From assembly GCA_001938485.1 (NCBI GenBank), contig MQRK01241394.1, positions 8,833 to 58,557 on the forward strand: a stretch of DNA of 49,725 bases, given 5' to 3'. The notes below the pieces were generated by a model. It did not search any database. It had not been told where the DNA came from and saw only the letters and a program-made list of their open reading frames with translations. This DNA is from Girardia tigrina (lineage: Eukaryota). Both the position numbers and the translations under genes were made by a program. Positions 25,156 through 37,809 of the stretch are shown here, piece by piece (within the stretch, counting starts at the first letter, position 1; every line of letters begins with the position of its first letter).

Positions 25156-26402
25156 TATTATATTACAACATGAATATATTGCACTTTGTACAATTGTGAA
25201 CTTATTAATTTTGCACACTTGCACTAAGCCTAGGTAGGCTGCACATGTGCAGTATTGATTAGCACATGTGCAGACGAGTGCAGTATTGATTTTTGTACTT
25301 TTTTGTATAATTTTGATTGTTTTTACATGTTTTTCATGATTTTAAAGATGTTTTTCATGATTTTTAAGGTAACGAGGATGGTTTCTAAGGTGTTTTCGAC
25401 TGTTTTTATATATATAATATTAAAATGTTATGTATAATGGTTACGGTAACCATGATACTTTTGATGGTTGATACCTAGGCGAGGCTTAGGCTCAGGTGAA
25501 TTAGATGATTATGCAGATGTTAAGTATTATATTGATGCATGTTTGAAGTACAATAGGAGTTTTTACAAGTCGTTTTACCATGTAAAATAAAAAGTTATGC
25601 ATCTTGGTTACGGTAACCATGGTACTTGTGATTATACTTGTGTACATTAGGAGATTCATGAGGTATTGTTTGGTGGTAAACAACACACATATATCATATT
25701 GGTTTCATATATATACGAAAAAATAGATTTTTGAGCACTTTTTTGAGAATTTCAGAAATGTTCGAAAAAATCAATTTATCAGCACCTTTTTGAAAATGTT
25801 GATGTGGAATCTGAATGTACGTATATGAATTACTATTCAAGTGCATCAACACTTTTTTGATATTCTGCTTGCTTGTGCATTTAAAGTCGATGTGCACTTT
25901 GTGTAACTTTGAATATTATGTTAATATTAGGGAAAAGTAATCAATATATGAAAATTCTCATTGTACATTCAGATAGAAAATCAAAATGTACATCAAACAC
26001 ATGATATCGATTTTTGACACTAACACTTTTAAAAATTTTATGTATTGATTTTTGCACTTTTGCACATGTGCAAATTAAAAAACACTGTGCTAGCACATTA
26101 GAAATGTGCGGCACAATGTGCTCTTTTGATAAGAATTTTAAAAGTATCGATTAGCACACTTGTGCGCTGTGCAGCTATCGATTAGCACTTTGTTTCTATG
26201 GTTGCTATGGAAAGGATCACGGTTGCTATGGATACGGTAACCGTTACCATGGTTACAAACGCCTTGAATCGCTGTATCTGTTGCTAATGAAAAACGTCCA
26301 TTGGTACCGTTGCTATGGTAACCGCGACCGTTGCCATTGCAACGGGTGACTGGACCACCCCCGGGGGGATCTTGTGGGGAGAATGCCCATTTTTCCCTTA
26401 CT
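25156..26402 (-). mobile_element. Candidate Polinton/Maverick-like terminal repeat segment
   Basis: Minus strand starts AGTAAGGGAAAAATG..TTCTCC..CCCCCCGGGGG, then an array of (T)AGCAAC/GTTRCCATRG motifs. Homologous to the terminus at 49234. Confidence 0.45.
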
Positions 26403-26559
26403 AGTATCAATTATTATTTGTTTATTATTGCTTTTTAAAACTTATTACTGTATACATCAACTTCTGTAGATATATACATTCTGTAGTATATCATGCCTGT
26501 ACAGTAGAATTACTGATTTTTCTCAACACATGGATATCGGGAAAGGGAAATATGTGGTT

Positions 26560-26637
26560 GTTCGCTTATCTCGATATTCGCTTAACTCGATAAGTTTCGG
26601 AAGTCCCAAGCATATCGAGTTATCTGGAGTCGACTGT
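26560..26637. mobile_element. Tigger/pogo-like MITE end
   Basis: ..ATATCGAGTTATCTGGAGTCGACTG followed by TA, with internal TCGAG/CTCGA inverted motifs. A similar end lies at ~27465-27525. Confidence 0.5.
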
Positions 26638-28215
26638 ATAATTATAATCATAATCATAATTATATAAATATATAAACTTTGTTATGTGAAATTCAGAGAA
26701 AACAAATATAATGTAAAATTAAATTTTGTTTCGTTTCTCGGAGGAGAATTACTTAAAAAACTCAAAATTAATTTTTACTAAAGTTCAATGAGGAAAAATG
26801 TGTACTAATATGCAAAATCAACAATAATTCCCACAGTATTCTCGGGGGTCATTAGTTGTTTGTAAATTTTAGTAATGGTCATTACAAATATAATCAAATT
26901 ATAAATTGAATGCATTATACATTAATTTATTGTTGTATTTAAAATGGATACCTTGATTTATCGAATAAATATTTCAATTGATTTGTATTTCTTTATTTTT
27001 TTTATTTTATTTTTTCAATTTTCTAATTTTTGTTATTTTAATTGCTTATTTTATTATTTTATTATTTTTCTATTTTTTTCTATTTTCCCTTTTTTTGTTT
27101 TTTATATACAAATATTTTTCTATACTGATATTTTTCTAAAGTAAATTTGATGATTTTTTTCAAAAAAGTTTTTTCAATATTTTTTTTAAAATTTAATTTA
27201 ATTGATTTTTACAGTTATTTTATTAAATTCATTTCTTTAAATAATATATTTTCATAAAATCTAAAAAATTAAAAAATGAAATAAATCAATAAAATAAATA
27301 TAAAAATAAGTTTTAATTTTATTAAATCGACAAAACATTTTTAGAGAAACATTAGGCTTCAAAATGGAAACATCATCAGAAAAGTTAATACCACTTTTCT
27401 ACAACAAAAAATTAAAATAATGTAACGTAGAGCATATTTCAAGAAAATCTATCACATTATCTACAAAATCGGCTCTCTCGAATATTTTAACGCCCCACAA
27501 AATTCGAGAGAACCGAGTTTGACTATATATGAATAAATTGTCAAAATATTATGTCAAGAAACTAAATTTTCGTAATCACTAATGTAATAAATATTTATAA
27601 ATTTATATATCTACCTGCCAGATTCTATAATCGATACCTTAAGGGATTAGATTGACACCCATCGTGGGCCATGGACAATATACGTACGGTCATTCTAGGA
27701 ATATACACTAAATGTGTATTAATTATAATTATCAAATTAATTTTGCGTGTTTAGAAATATTTTATTACTGAAACTTAAGACAAAATGGAATTTTCTTAAG
27801 AGACAAATTGGATAACAAAATTTGACTGTCGTCTATTAGTTTACATTGCATTTTTTTAATTAATTTCGTGAATTTTGTAATATTTTTAGCCAAACTTCAG
27901 AACTTATTCAGTCATCGGCCTTTGACCCCTGCCTTCGGAAATAATTTCTTATAATTTTTTTACAATTTTGAATATAACTAGAATAAGCTAAATGTATTCT
28001 AAGAATAAGTTCTTGTACTATTTGATAGTATAATTATGAGTGGAGTTGTTGTCTAAATAGTGTTCGAAGGTTACATATAATATTTTGATTCAATAATAAT
28101 TACCTTCAGTTCTGGATTCCATGGTCCGCTTATTTTATTATTGTCCATTTTATTGTCCATTTAAATTGACTACAAGCTTTATTAAACTAAAATATTTGTA
28201 AAATGCAATAGTAAA

Positions 28216-28219
<4 letters not shown>

Positions 28220-28266
<47 letters not shown>

Positions 28267-29111
28267 TATACATNNNNNNNNNNNNNNNNNNNNNNNNNNN
28301 NNNNNNNNNNNNNNNNNNNNNNNNNNNNNNNNNNNNNNNNNNNNNNNNNNNNNNNNNNNNNNNNNNNNNNNNNNNNNNNNNNNNNNNNNNNNNNNNNNNN
28401 NNNNNNNNNNNNNNNNNNNNNNNNNNNNNNNNNNNNNNNNNNNNNNNNNNNNNNNNNNNNNNNNNNNNNNNNNNNNNNNNNNNNNNNNNNNNNNNNNNNN
28501 NNNNNNNNNNNNNNNNNNNNNNNNNNNNNNNNNNNNNNNNNNNNNNNNNNNNNNNNNNNNNNNNNNNNNNNNNNNNNNNNNNNNNNNNNNNNNNNNNNNN
28601 NNNNNNNNNNNNNNNNNNNNNNNNNNNNNNNNNNNNNNNNNNNNNNNNNNNNNNNNNNNNNNNNNNNNNNNNNNNNNNNNNNNNNNNNNNNNNNNNNNNN
28701 NNNNNNNNNNNNNNNNNNNNNNNNNNNNNNNNNNNNNNNNNNNNNNNNNNNNNNNNNNNNNNNNNNNNNNNNNNNNNNNNNNNNNNNNNNNNNNNNNNNN
28801 NNNNNNNNNNNNNNNNNNNNNNNNNNNNNNNNNNNNNNNNNNNNNNNNNNNNNNNNNNNNNNNNNNNNNNNNNNNNNNNNNNNNNNNNNNNNNNNNNNNN
28901 NNNNNNNNNNNNNNNNNNNNNNNNNNNNNNNNNNNNNNNNNNNNNNNNNNNNNNNNNNNNNNNNNNNNNNNNNNNNNNNNNNNNNNNNNNNNNNNNNNNN
29001 NNNNNNNNNNNNNNNNNNNNNNNNNNNNNNNNNNNNNNNNNNNNNNNNNNNNNNNNNNNNNNNNNNNNNNNNNNNNNNNNNNNNNNNNNNNNNNNNNNNN
29101 NNNNNNNNNNN

Positions 29112-29158
<47 letters not shown>
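28220..29158. repeat. (AT)n microsatellite spanning an assembly gap (N 28274-29111)
   Basis: AT runs on both sides of the N run. Confidence 0.9.
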
Positions 29159-29166
<8 letters not shown>

Positions 29167-29237
29167 TACTTGAAGAATATACATGGACAAGACTCAACAG
29201 AAACCAAAAATAGTCATTATTATTTTATTATTATTGT

Positions 29238-30436
29238 AATTACGGATTTTTTTAGAAAATCAAAGACAATTTTTTCATGGAACTAAATAACTTTATTCTG
29301 TAATGTATTGCCCATTTTCATCAATAACCATTTGCCATCTTTCAGGCAGCATCATAATCCCACGTCCATAAAACTTCTGGTTTTTATTAGCAAAAAACTG
29401 AATCAGGTACGATTCGACATCATTATCATCATTATTGATTTTTTTACAATTCAATGAGTTTTGTAAAAATCGAAACAAAAAGTAATCAGATGGTGCAAGG
29501 TCAGGACTATATGGTGGATGTGGTAAAACATCTTAACCAAGATCCAATAATTTTTGCCGAGTGGCCAAAGATGTGTGTGTGTGATTTGTCATGATAGAAT
29601 GCAACACTTTTTCGATTTGTCAATTCGGGCCGCTTCTCTTCAACTGCATTGTTTAATTTCGTTAGTTGTTCAATGTAGACATCAGAATTGATCGTTAGGT
29701 TGGGTGATAAGAGTTCAAAGTAGACAATTCCTTTGTAATCCCACCAAAGGGATAGCAAAACCTTTTGATGAATATCAGCTTTTGATGTTCTTTGAGTTGC
29801 TTCACCTGGCCTGCTCCACGATCTTCTCCGCTTGATATTGTTGTAAACTATCCATTTTTTATCGCCAGTTATCAATCGTTTTAAAAATGGGTCATTTTCA
29901 TTACGTTTCTTTAGCAAATTGCAGCTGTTAATGTGTTGCGTTAAATGCGTTTCTTTCAGTTCGTGAGGAACCCATGTATCGAGTTTTTAAACATAACCAA
30001 GTTGTTTTAAGTGATTTTCAATGCATTTATGCGATATATGAAGCTTCTCTGCGATCTCACGTATTGTACTGTTACGATCCGAATCGATTATTGGTATGAT
30101 TAGGACGTCATCGACTTCAACTGGACGATCATGGCGTTTTTCATATTTGAGTGAAAAATCACCAGAACGAAATTTGGCAAACCAATTTTGGCACTGCTGC
30201 TCTTTTAAGGCTTCGTCACCATATACAGCACATAACTTTTTATAAGCTTGCGATGCGTTTTGCCCTTTGCGGAAATTAAAAAGCAAAATATGACGAAAAT
30301 GTTCCTTTTGTATTTCTATTTTTCAACGAAAGCCAAACAAAAACTCCACAATCAATAAAAAAACTTTTTTTACTGATTGACAGCTGAATTGCCAACTATC
30401 AAATAAAAAAAATGTGTTTTACATTTGTGCTACGTC
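29238..30436 (-). mobile_element. Near full-length mellifera-subfamily mariner (Famar1/Ammar1-like); transposase pseudogene 29293-30319
   Basis: QKEHFRHILLFNFRKGQNASQAYKKLCAVYGDEALKEQQCQNWFAKFRSGDFSL..WVPHEL..LITGDKKW..HPPYSPDLAPSDY..NGQYITE*. ATG mutated to ATA, several frameshifts, partial TIR GTAATTACGGATTTT. Confidence 0.93.
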
Positions 30437-31364
30437 TAATATTTATATATATTATATATAAATTTCACTCGAGCTAACTAAAACCAACCAATCAGAGCGA
30501 GTTATACAATTCAAAACTCGGTTCGGCTCACTTGGTATACATACTGTCAAATCCTCTCTCTCTTCTCTCACCTTTCGGACTAACTTAATACACACTTTGG
30601 TTCACTATCGGCATACTAACTCATTCAAAGCCGGTAAAAATATTGACTCTATGAGTCATTGAGTTTTTAATTAACAATAATAATAACCTGAACCAAAACA
30701 TCTTTGTTCGGATTTTTGAATGAAATCAATAATCTATTTTAAATTTGATTATTATTATTTTATATATAATTTTTTAAATTAAGTTTTTTTAATTATTTTC
30801 TTTTATTGAAGATTTAATTTTAAAATATCAAATATATATCAAACATAAAGCAATAAAAAGATCAGAGATTGTCATTCAAAAACAAAATTGTCGATTATAA
30901 TAATGTCAATTCCTTTTTATCTTGGGAGGAGATTATTGAAATTCAAATATAAAAAACAATAATAATAATATAATAATTTGAATTTAAATTCCAAACAACC
31001 GGGTTAGATCATATAATTTCCCTAAAATTAATTAAAAACGCTCAATAAAGTGACTGCAAATACAACTACATGAAAAATATTCTCATCAAAAAATTTAATT
31101 TCTACAGAATTTTATTATTTATGTCTTTTTGTGATACATGATCAAAAAACTCATAAGCAGCAACGTTTCTTGATGCAAAAACTTATAGCCTTAAAAATTT
31201 TGAACAATAAATTAATATTATCACCCAACTTATATTAGCTTAACTCATATGTTAATTTATTTGTGAATTTGATACAAATGCTGCAAACGATTTTTCACGA
31301 ACTTCCCTTGATAAAATCGATGACACAAATCAATTAAAGTATTTACTATTCAAATGATTAATTA

Positions 31365-31620
31365 GTGTGGTACCGACTACCAAACCGAGTGGCGGCAACC
31401 AGCACCTTTTAATTGTGCGGGAAATTGTCGCTGGCGGACATGAGCGGTCGGTTCCAGTGTCCAACAGTCGATATGCGGGCGCGTGTCGGCGCCGCAAACG
31501 GCCCACAGCGGCTCACCGAAGTGTGTTGGTCCTGTCGGCGGTATCGCATCGGTCGGTGGTACACTCGATGCGTCCAAGTGGGTTATCCGGATGCCAATTC
31601 GCTGAACAATGCGGTGATAG
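31365..31620 (+). pseudogene. GC-rich decayed exon with immunoglobulin-domain-like motifs
   Basis: Follows a TAG acceptor. Reads YQTEWRQ..(frameshift)..KLSLADMSGRFQC (DxSGxYxC-like) and YTRCVQVGYPDA (CxxxGxP-like). Confidence 0.4.
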
Positions 31621-32409
31621 CTCTGTCCGCTCGATTTCATTCGATTACAATTTAAAAAATTAAAAAAGTAAGAAATCGGAAGAATTTATTTTCATCGACA
31701 TTTTTACCACATTTTAATTTACAACGTTTAATAATTTTAATTTAATTTATTTAAACAAGTCAGTTTTTTTTATTTGCTATCAATTATCGGATCACTACAA
31801 TTAGTCATATCTTTGCAAAAAGCGTTCTCGCCTTTATCCATTAATGAATTATAAATTAAATAGACTTTTAAAATTTGTTTTTTCTATTTGTCAAAACTTT
31901 TTGAATTTTTGGTGATAAATAAATTATCGTTTCTTTGGTTATATTTTTGTCATAATTAATTTTCATAAAAAATATTGATTTTAAGGAATCGGAGTATCTC
32001 ACCCTTTTTCATAATTTTGCTATGGGGACACTTTTTGACAGTTTAAAACAGCGTGTAGTGAATTAAAATAAAATCACGCATCAAATTTCAATAATAAAAT
32101 TAAAAATATTTTCCAAAAAAGAAAAATTTGAGTAACAATTACAAACACTTCGAAATTGTAAATATCAAAATAATAAAAAAAATTGCTTTTGAAAATAAAG
32201 CTTAATTAACAATTTTCATTCCAAATGAGATTATCAAAAATTGTAATAATCTGAGATAAGAAAATCAAAGCATGAGCGAACTGTAAATAAAAAAAATAAA
32301 ACACGTCGTAATTTTCTAGTGTAAATATTGAAAAGTTTTTATTCTCAATAAACGATTATTGGATATTGTTCGATTTTTTGCTCATTTATCATCATAAGCA
32401 TTTTATTAT

Positions 32410-32980
32410 TTATCGATTGGAAGCACGTCGCTTCTCGATCCTGTGATATTTGCCATCAGACAAGCAAGATGACGGCCTTTGTGAATTTTGTTCTAAGCCA
32501 TTTCGGTAATTATTTTTGTGAACGCGTATTCCTTTCGATTTCTCACAGGCAGAATGCCTCTCAGATAAGTGTTCAGACACAAAACTGGATCGACTGATCG
32601 GACAATCGATAATATCACTGTACTCGACCGTTTTATAGAGACCACTAATGGGTTCACATGAACGTGCCACTTATATAAAAACAGACTCTACCCATATACA
32701 ACGCTTTGAATAGCGGAATATGCAAATCATTAATGCGTGCCAAACTATTTCATTAAACGTTTTCAAACAGGACTAAATAGTTCGAGATTCTACTGTGATC
32801 TCACGGTTAGACCCCACCAAACACATACTAAAATGTGTCATACATACCGAGGTGTCATTTTTTAACCTTGACTGTGTTTGAAATCTCGACCTTGAATCGA
32901 TCACGTCGTTTAAAATTACGATCAATTCAGAATTGAACTCCAAAAATCGATTATGAAACCTAAAATATGTATACTTTACG
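32410..32980 (+). pseudogene. Decayed two-exon segment of a Cys-containing glycoprotein-like gene
   Basis: 43-nt GTAATT..CACAG intron at 32506-32548. Spliced frame DWKHVASRSCDICH..DNITVLD..GLNSSRFYCDLTV with several stops. Confidence 0.3.
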
Positions 32981-33326
32981 ATACTTTACTTTGTTTTAAG
33001 CTATAAATTGAGTTATTTGTGAAATAATAAAATTGTTTAGATTAAATAAAATTAATTTTAAATAAAAATTATCACAAATTTATTCTTAAAAATTTGTTAT
33101 TAGGAAAACATTTTAACATCCATGTGAAATTTTAATGTACCAGATACAGCCTTGGGAATTTTCTAGTGACCCGGTTACGGCCGCTTCAAGAGACATCGTG
33201 GGTTCAGTATCATCGATGTATATGAAAGACAGAAATTATTAATTAATTATATTAATACGACTGATACAATTTTTAAAAACAAAAGTAATTATGATTATTT
33301 GCTAGTAATGTCCAATCATAAATTTT

Positions 33327-33342
33327 GGCTCTTAAGAGGGCC
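33327..33342 (-). other. Replication-dependent histone mRNA 3' stem-loop
   Basis: AAATAC-GGCCCTCTTAAGAGCC-AAAA is close to the GGYYYTTYTNARRRCC consensus (C at the second loop position) and lies directly 3' of the H2B fragment. Confidence 0.85.
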
Positions 33343-33560
33343 GTATTTCTTTCTACGCTTGTGGCGTTCTTAGCCACCTCTCCTGGCAGCAGCAGTTTCA
33401 CTCCCGTCTGGATCTCTCTGCTCGTGATCGACGACTTCTTGTTGAATTCGCCAATCGATTGGCCTCACTTGCAATCCGCTCGAACACATCGTTCACGAGA
33501 CTTTTCATGATCGAAATGGCTTTGCCGGAGATGCCAGTATCTGGGTGCACCTGCCGCAGC
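33327..33560 (-). pseudogene. H2B: Histone H2B pseudogene fragment
   Basis: [37 protein letters not shown], a 1-nt frameshift, then [27 protein letters not shown]. The N-tail and the C-terminal end are missing. Confidence 0.93.
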
Positions 33561-34054
33561 AAGAATTCATCGTTCATAATTTTTGTCAGTCTGATCGATG
33601 GCTCTGACATGAAGAGAAATAACAGTCTGAATCAAACATTTTTCTTTTTTTCATTTATGCAACGATATTAACAAATTGTTCAACTGATTTTCAAAAGGAT
33701 TCTTCATTTTGTCATTGGTCGAGAAAATTTACATCTTGATCGAACTTAAGCAGCATTAATTAAAGAAATATGCTTTTTAAAAATGAATTAAATAAATTAG
33801 CTCTTAGAAATTTTTGTAAAGTTAAAATTTAATTCTTAATTTGGATAATTCCGAGAAAATATATCATGGGTGTGATAAGTATATATGTATGTAAATATAT
33901 TCTTTATTTGGAATGTTAATTCGTTTAAATATTCTAAATGTTAAAGCGGAATTGTTCACAATTTTTTAAAAATAAAGGTTTCAATTTCAAATGCTGTATT
34001 TTGAATTTTCCGATTTTTTCTCGTCAAATTAAAATTCAATGAATAAAAATGTAA

Positions 34055-34400
34055 GACAAAAAATCGAAAGAATTGTACAAATTGATCAAACTTTCAATTA
34101 ATTTCGCGTACGAAAATCGTTTGATCGATGGCTTATTCGATAGTCGCATTGTGCGATATACACGAGTATTGTCTACAATTGTCGACGAAGAACGCGACCC
34201 GTCGAGTCGCTTCAATTTGTTCAGAGTTATCACAAATCTGTTGAAAATTAACAAAGGATTCCACGAGAAATTTCCCAACAATTTTTATTTCTCATTCTTC
34301 AATACGAATTTGGAGTTAGTGAAACTGCAAATCGTTAATATTTTGTGTATAATCGAAAAGAAAACAGATGAAAATGAAAGAGAACGAAAAACAGTCCTCA
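34055..34400 (+). pseudogene. Host gene fragment, tentatively MMS19-like (HEAT repeats)
   Basis: Longest gap-free ORF in the window (152 aa). LSTIVDEERDPSSRFNLFRVITNLL resembles the MMS19 motif DGEKDPRNLLVAFRIVHDLI as I recall it. No in-frame initiator ATG (ATG-TAA upstream). Confidence 0.35.
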
Positions 34401-35848
34401 TGAGGACTAAAAATCATGATTGGAAGCGAAACGCGGTTCCAATCATCATTGTCGAAAATATCATTTACATTTTAATATTCTGGGAGATCTCTATACCTTT
34501 TACAAAAATTGAAGATAGAGTTCTTAATTGAACTTATTGGATTATAAGAAACATTTTGAGCGAAGCAGGTTTCAACTTATTTAATTCTTTCGCATCTCCC
34601 TTTGTATTGTGTCACTGAAAGTCTTTCAATTTTTCTAACAGCCATCTAAAAGGCTTAGGCCATAATAATTATAAATTTGCTTTTGTGAATTTTCAGCTTT
34701 TTCATATTCATTTGCATTTATTCATATTTTTACAATGACTGAAATTTTAAAGTAATTAAGTGTCGTTGTCACATATATTTATTGAATACAAAATTTTCTT
34801 ATATTTTTTTCCTTAAAGTATCGTCTGTAAAACAATGTACAGAAATCGATTAAATTGAAGAGTCTGCGGCAAAGCGATTTAGCAACAGCATTCTTTGACT
34901 GCAATTTTATTCATGAAGATTCTTTCCTTTAACATTATTACTCGATGGTTCAGTTTCACGACTATTGAACTCATCTTCCTCACTTGAGTTAAATCTCTAC
35001 TGGGCAACATCATTCAATTTTGTACCAAAAACTTTTTAAACTACTTTTGTCGAATCTTGAAGCCAGATCCAACCAAATCCATTATTAATTATTTTGGTTC
35101 CTACTAAGGTTTGACACTATTCAATTTGAGTGAGATTTGGCGTCATTGTATGGTTCAGTTTGATCGAAACGTTTATTTGTTCATATAATTTTAATTCGGA
35201 ATTAAACTTATACATTTCTTTATTCATAGTTAAAGTCATAAGATAGAAACGGATGTAGTCCTTCCATATTGTGTTCAGGAGATTCCCATTTTATGTAAGG
35301 CCTTAACGAGATGTCCTGGACCTGATATCTTCTCAGAATACCAAATATCTTTCTTTGTATTTTACGTGTAAAAAATATTTTTAAACATTTTTTTCCGAGG
35401 TTTAAAAACAAATTATTTGTTTATGAAATATAATTTTTTAATTATTTTTTATTTTATGAACGGTGACCGTTCACGTTTCAGTATATATCCACGAATAAAC
35501 TACTTCGATGTCTGTTTACGTCAGGTCCTTAATAAATAATAATAGTATTAATTAAAATATATTTATTTTTTTACAAAAATGAAATTAGATAAAAAAATGA
35601 AGTTTGAAAATGGAAAAATCAATTATTAATATTTATTTGAAATTGATTTGTTTTATTAAATCAAAATATTTTCTTGATGTTTTTGTTTACGCGAGAACTC
35701 TGTTTGAATTTATGTAATTACTGAAAAGTTTGAAATTTATCGAATTGTAAATTGTTTAAAAATAATAAAAAGTATAGAAACTTCTGTTTTCTAAGAATCA
35801 TAAAAATTGAATATTATTGCTAAAACAAAAACAATCATTGAGTTTTGA

Positions 35849-36090
35849 AGACGCGTAAAAGAGAGCAAGCGAGTGATTGAGATGTGGAATGAGTGCGAGA
35901 GATTTTTTCGTATAAATTCGGCCATGAGATTTTGGGGATTTACGAGCAAGTGTTTATTGCGGCTTTGGATACGGACCACAAGAATATCTCTATGGAATAT
36001 ATCGATTCACTGGAAACCAAATTTAAATTTTTCAAGAATTAAACAATTATATGTAAAATGATTGGAGCATCAAGAAAATTTCAAAAATGA
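35849..36090 (+). pseudogene. EMC2: ER membrane complex subunit 2 (TTC35) N-terminal pseudogene fragment
   Basis: RRVKESKRVIEMW../frameshift/KFGHEILGIYEQVFIAALDTDH..YIDSLETKF../frameshift/SRIKQLYVK*LE. Matches the EMC2 signature LGDDIWIIYEQVMIAALD..L..QFPGSHRVKRL. Confidence 0.8.
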
Positions 36091-37809
36091 CAAAAGAATT
36101 AATTTTCAGCAGTCAGATAAAATGTCGGCTTTAATGCAATATTCATTTATATTTTAATCATCGGGATCGAATGATAAAATATTGAAAGACAAAGCTTACT
36201 TCTGCAACGAAACCATAAAAAATATTCACAGTTCAAAAAGGTCAACATCTCTAAACGAGCAAAAGCGACTTCTAATCATTATTCTAGCAAAAATTTAGAA
36301 AAAGTCTTAGTTCTAGGAATCTAACTAAGTAACTAAAATGCGATGTATTATAGTTAAAAGAAACTAATGTTAAAGTTTTGTTAATAAGAGAATAAGAATA
36401 TTATTATTCACTTAATATGAAAAGTTTAAAAAAGAATGGGTGAATTTAAAAAAATAAGAGTGTAAGCCAATTGATGGGGCTCATTGTACGAGAGTGTATT
36501 CCTATTGATAGGAACCTCGACTGATCATTCCCATTTTCCTAGCCCGTTGTCGTGTTTGATTTTAGATGTAGACAATAGAAAATTAATTACAGAAATATTT
36601 TACGCATTTATTTTAAATGAAACACATGCTAAAATTTTAATAAGAATATTCAAACAATTTTTTATTAAATGAAATTATTAAATTGGAATCTTTTTTTAAA
36701 GTTATTGGCCCGATTTCTTTTCCTACCGTCGTCTCCGACTTTCATCGAATTGAGGCAATATTTGGGATAAAAAGTGGACACTGCTCCAATTTCAGTAAAA
36801 TCCTGAAATTATATTCTCTGCTAATGGCATGAAAAATGGATCCCTTCAAAGAGAACCTTCTTCCATCATGTGTCCACATGTTTTGAAATTCTTTTTCATG
36901 GTCATGTGTTTCAATAGAACAATAAAGAAAGGTTGCAAATTATCGACCTTATAAAATATTTTAATTAATTTTTATCTAAAATTATAGGAAAAAAAGATTT
37001 CATGATTTTAGTCAACTAATTGAGACTACCTCGAATCCGGTTCCGGATATTTTTTCGATAATTTTTGACTCTACAACAATTTACAATTGTATGAAAAATT
37101 TATAGAGAATATTTATTTTTTATTTTTGCTTATTTTTTTCTCTTATGTCATTGACGTTTTATTTAATTTTTAACTTTTATAATATTTAGATTTTTGTATT
37201 AATAATAATAACTAATCGACAAATAATATAAATATAAACAATAAAAATAAATACAACTACAAAACTAATCTGTCTTGATCTTGTTCGTATGTTGTACTAA
37301 ATTTATCTTGTACAAGGACAATCCATAAAGGTAAAAGAAGACCATTCCTCTTGGCGCGTTTGTATCATGTTACTTTATAAACAAAACAGGTGCAATCTTG
37401 TTTTGGAGACTCTTCTTCGAGGTGTTCATAAGACAGGTGCTCCTTGATTACACGTATCCTTCCATTACCAAACTGTACTCTGAAATATCTTTTAAGTGAT
37501 GAAAAACAAGAATTTTATAATTATTCACACTAATATTAAATATTGTTATTTCATCAATGATTCTTTACTGTTTATATCTGTATTTAGTAACAAATCTTCT
37601 TCTAAATCTACGTCGGGGAGGATGTAGTAAAACTTTTACATTATTAATTTAGTTTTCTACTGCATGTCTTTTCGATTCACTAGACAATATTATACACGAT
37701 AATTGAAAAGTAACTTCATATTTTAAAATAACTGTAATTTATAATTTAAATATAATTTATACGTTTTATAAATATGAGAAAAAAATATACTGTAGGAACT
37801 TAATTTAAA

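Noticed and set aside
28150-29197. Two long ORFs (336-346 aa) in the ORF track
   Set aside because: They are artefacts of the N-gap and the (AT)n runs.
32415-32470. LLDPVIFAIR resembling a GPCR TM7 motif
   Set aside because: It is an isolated match in a frame closed by nearby stops, with no other TM segments.
32580-32730. Octamer ATGCAAAT plus TATA suggesting a minus-strand Pol III/snRNA gene (7SK, RNase P, telomerase RNA)
   Set aside because: There are no diagnostic RNA motifs and an early TTTT. The region is better explained as a plus-strand decayed exon pair.
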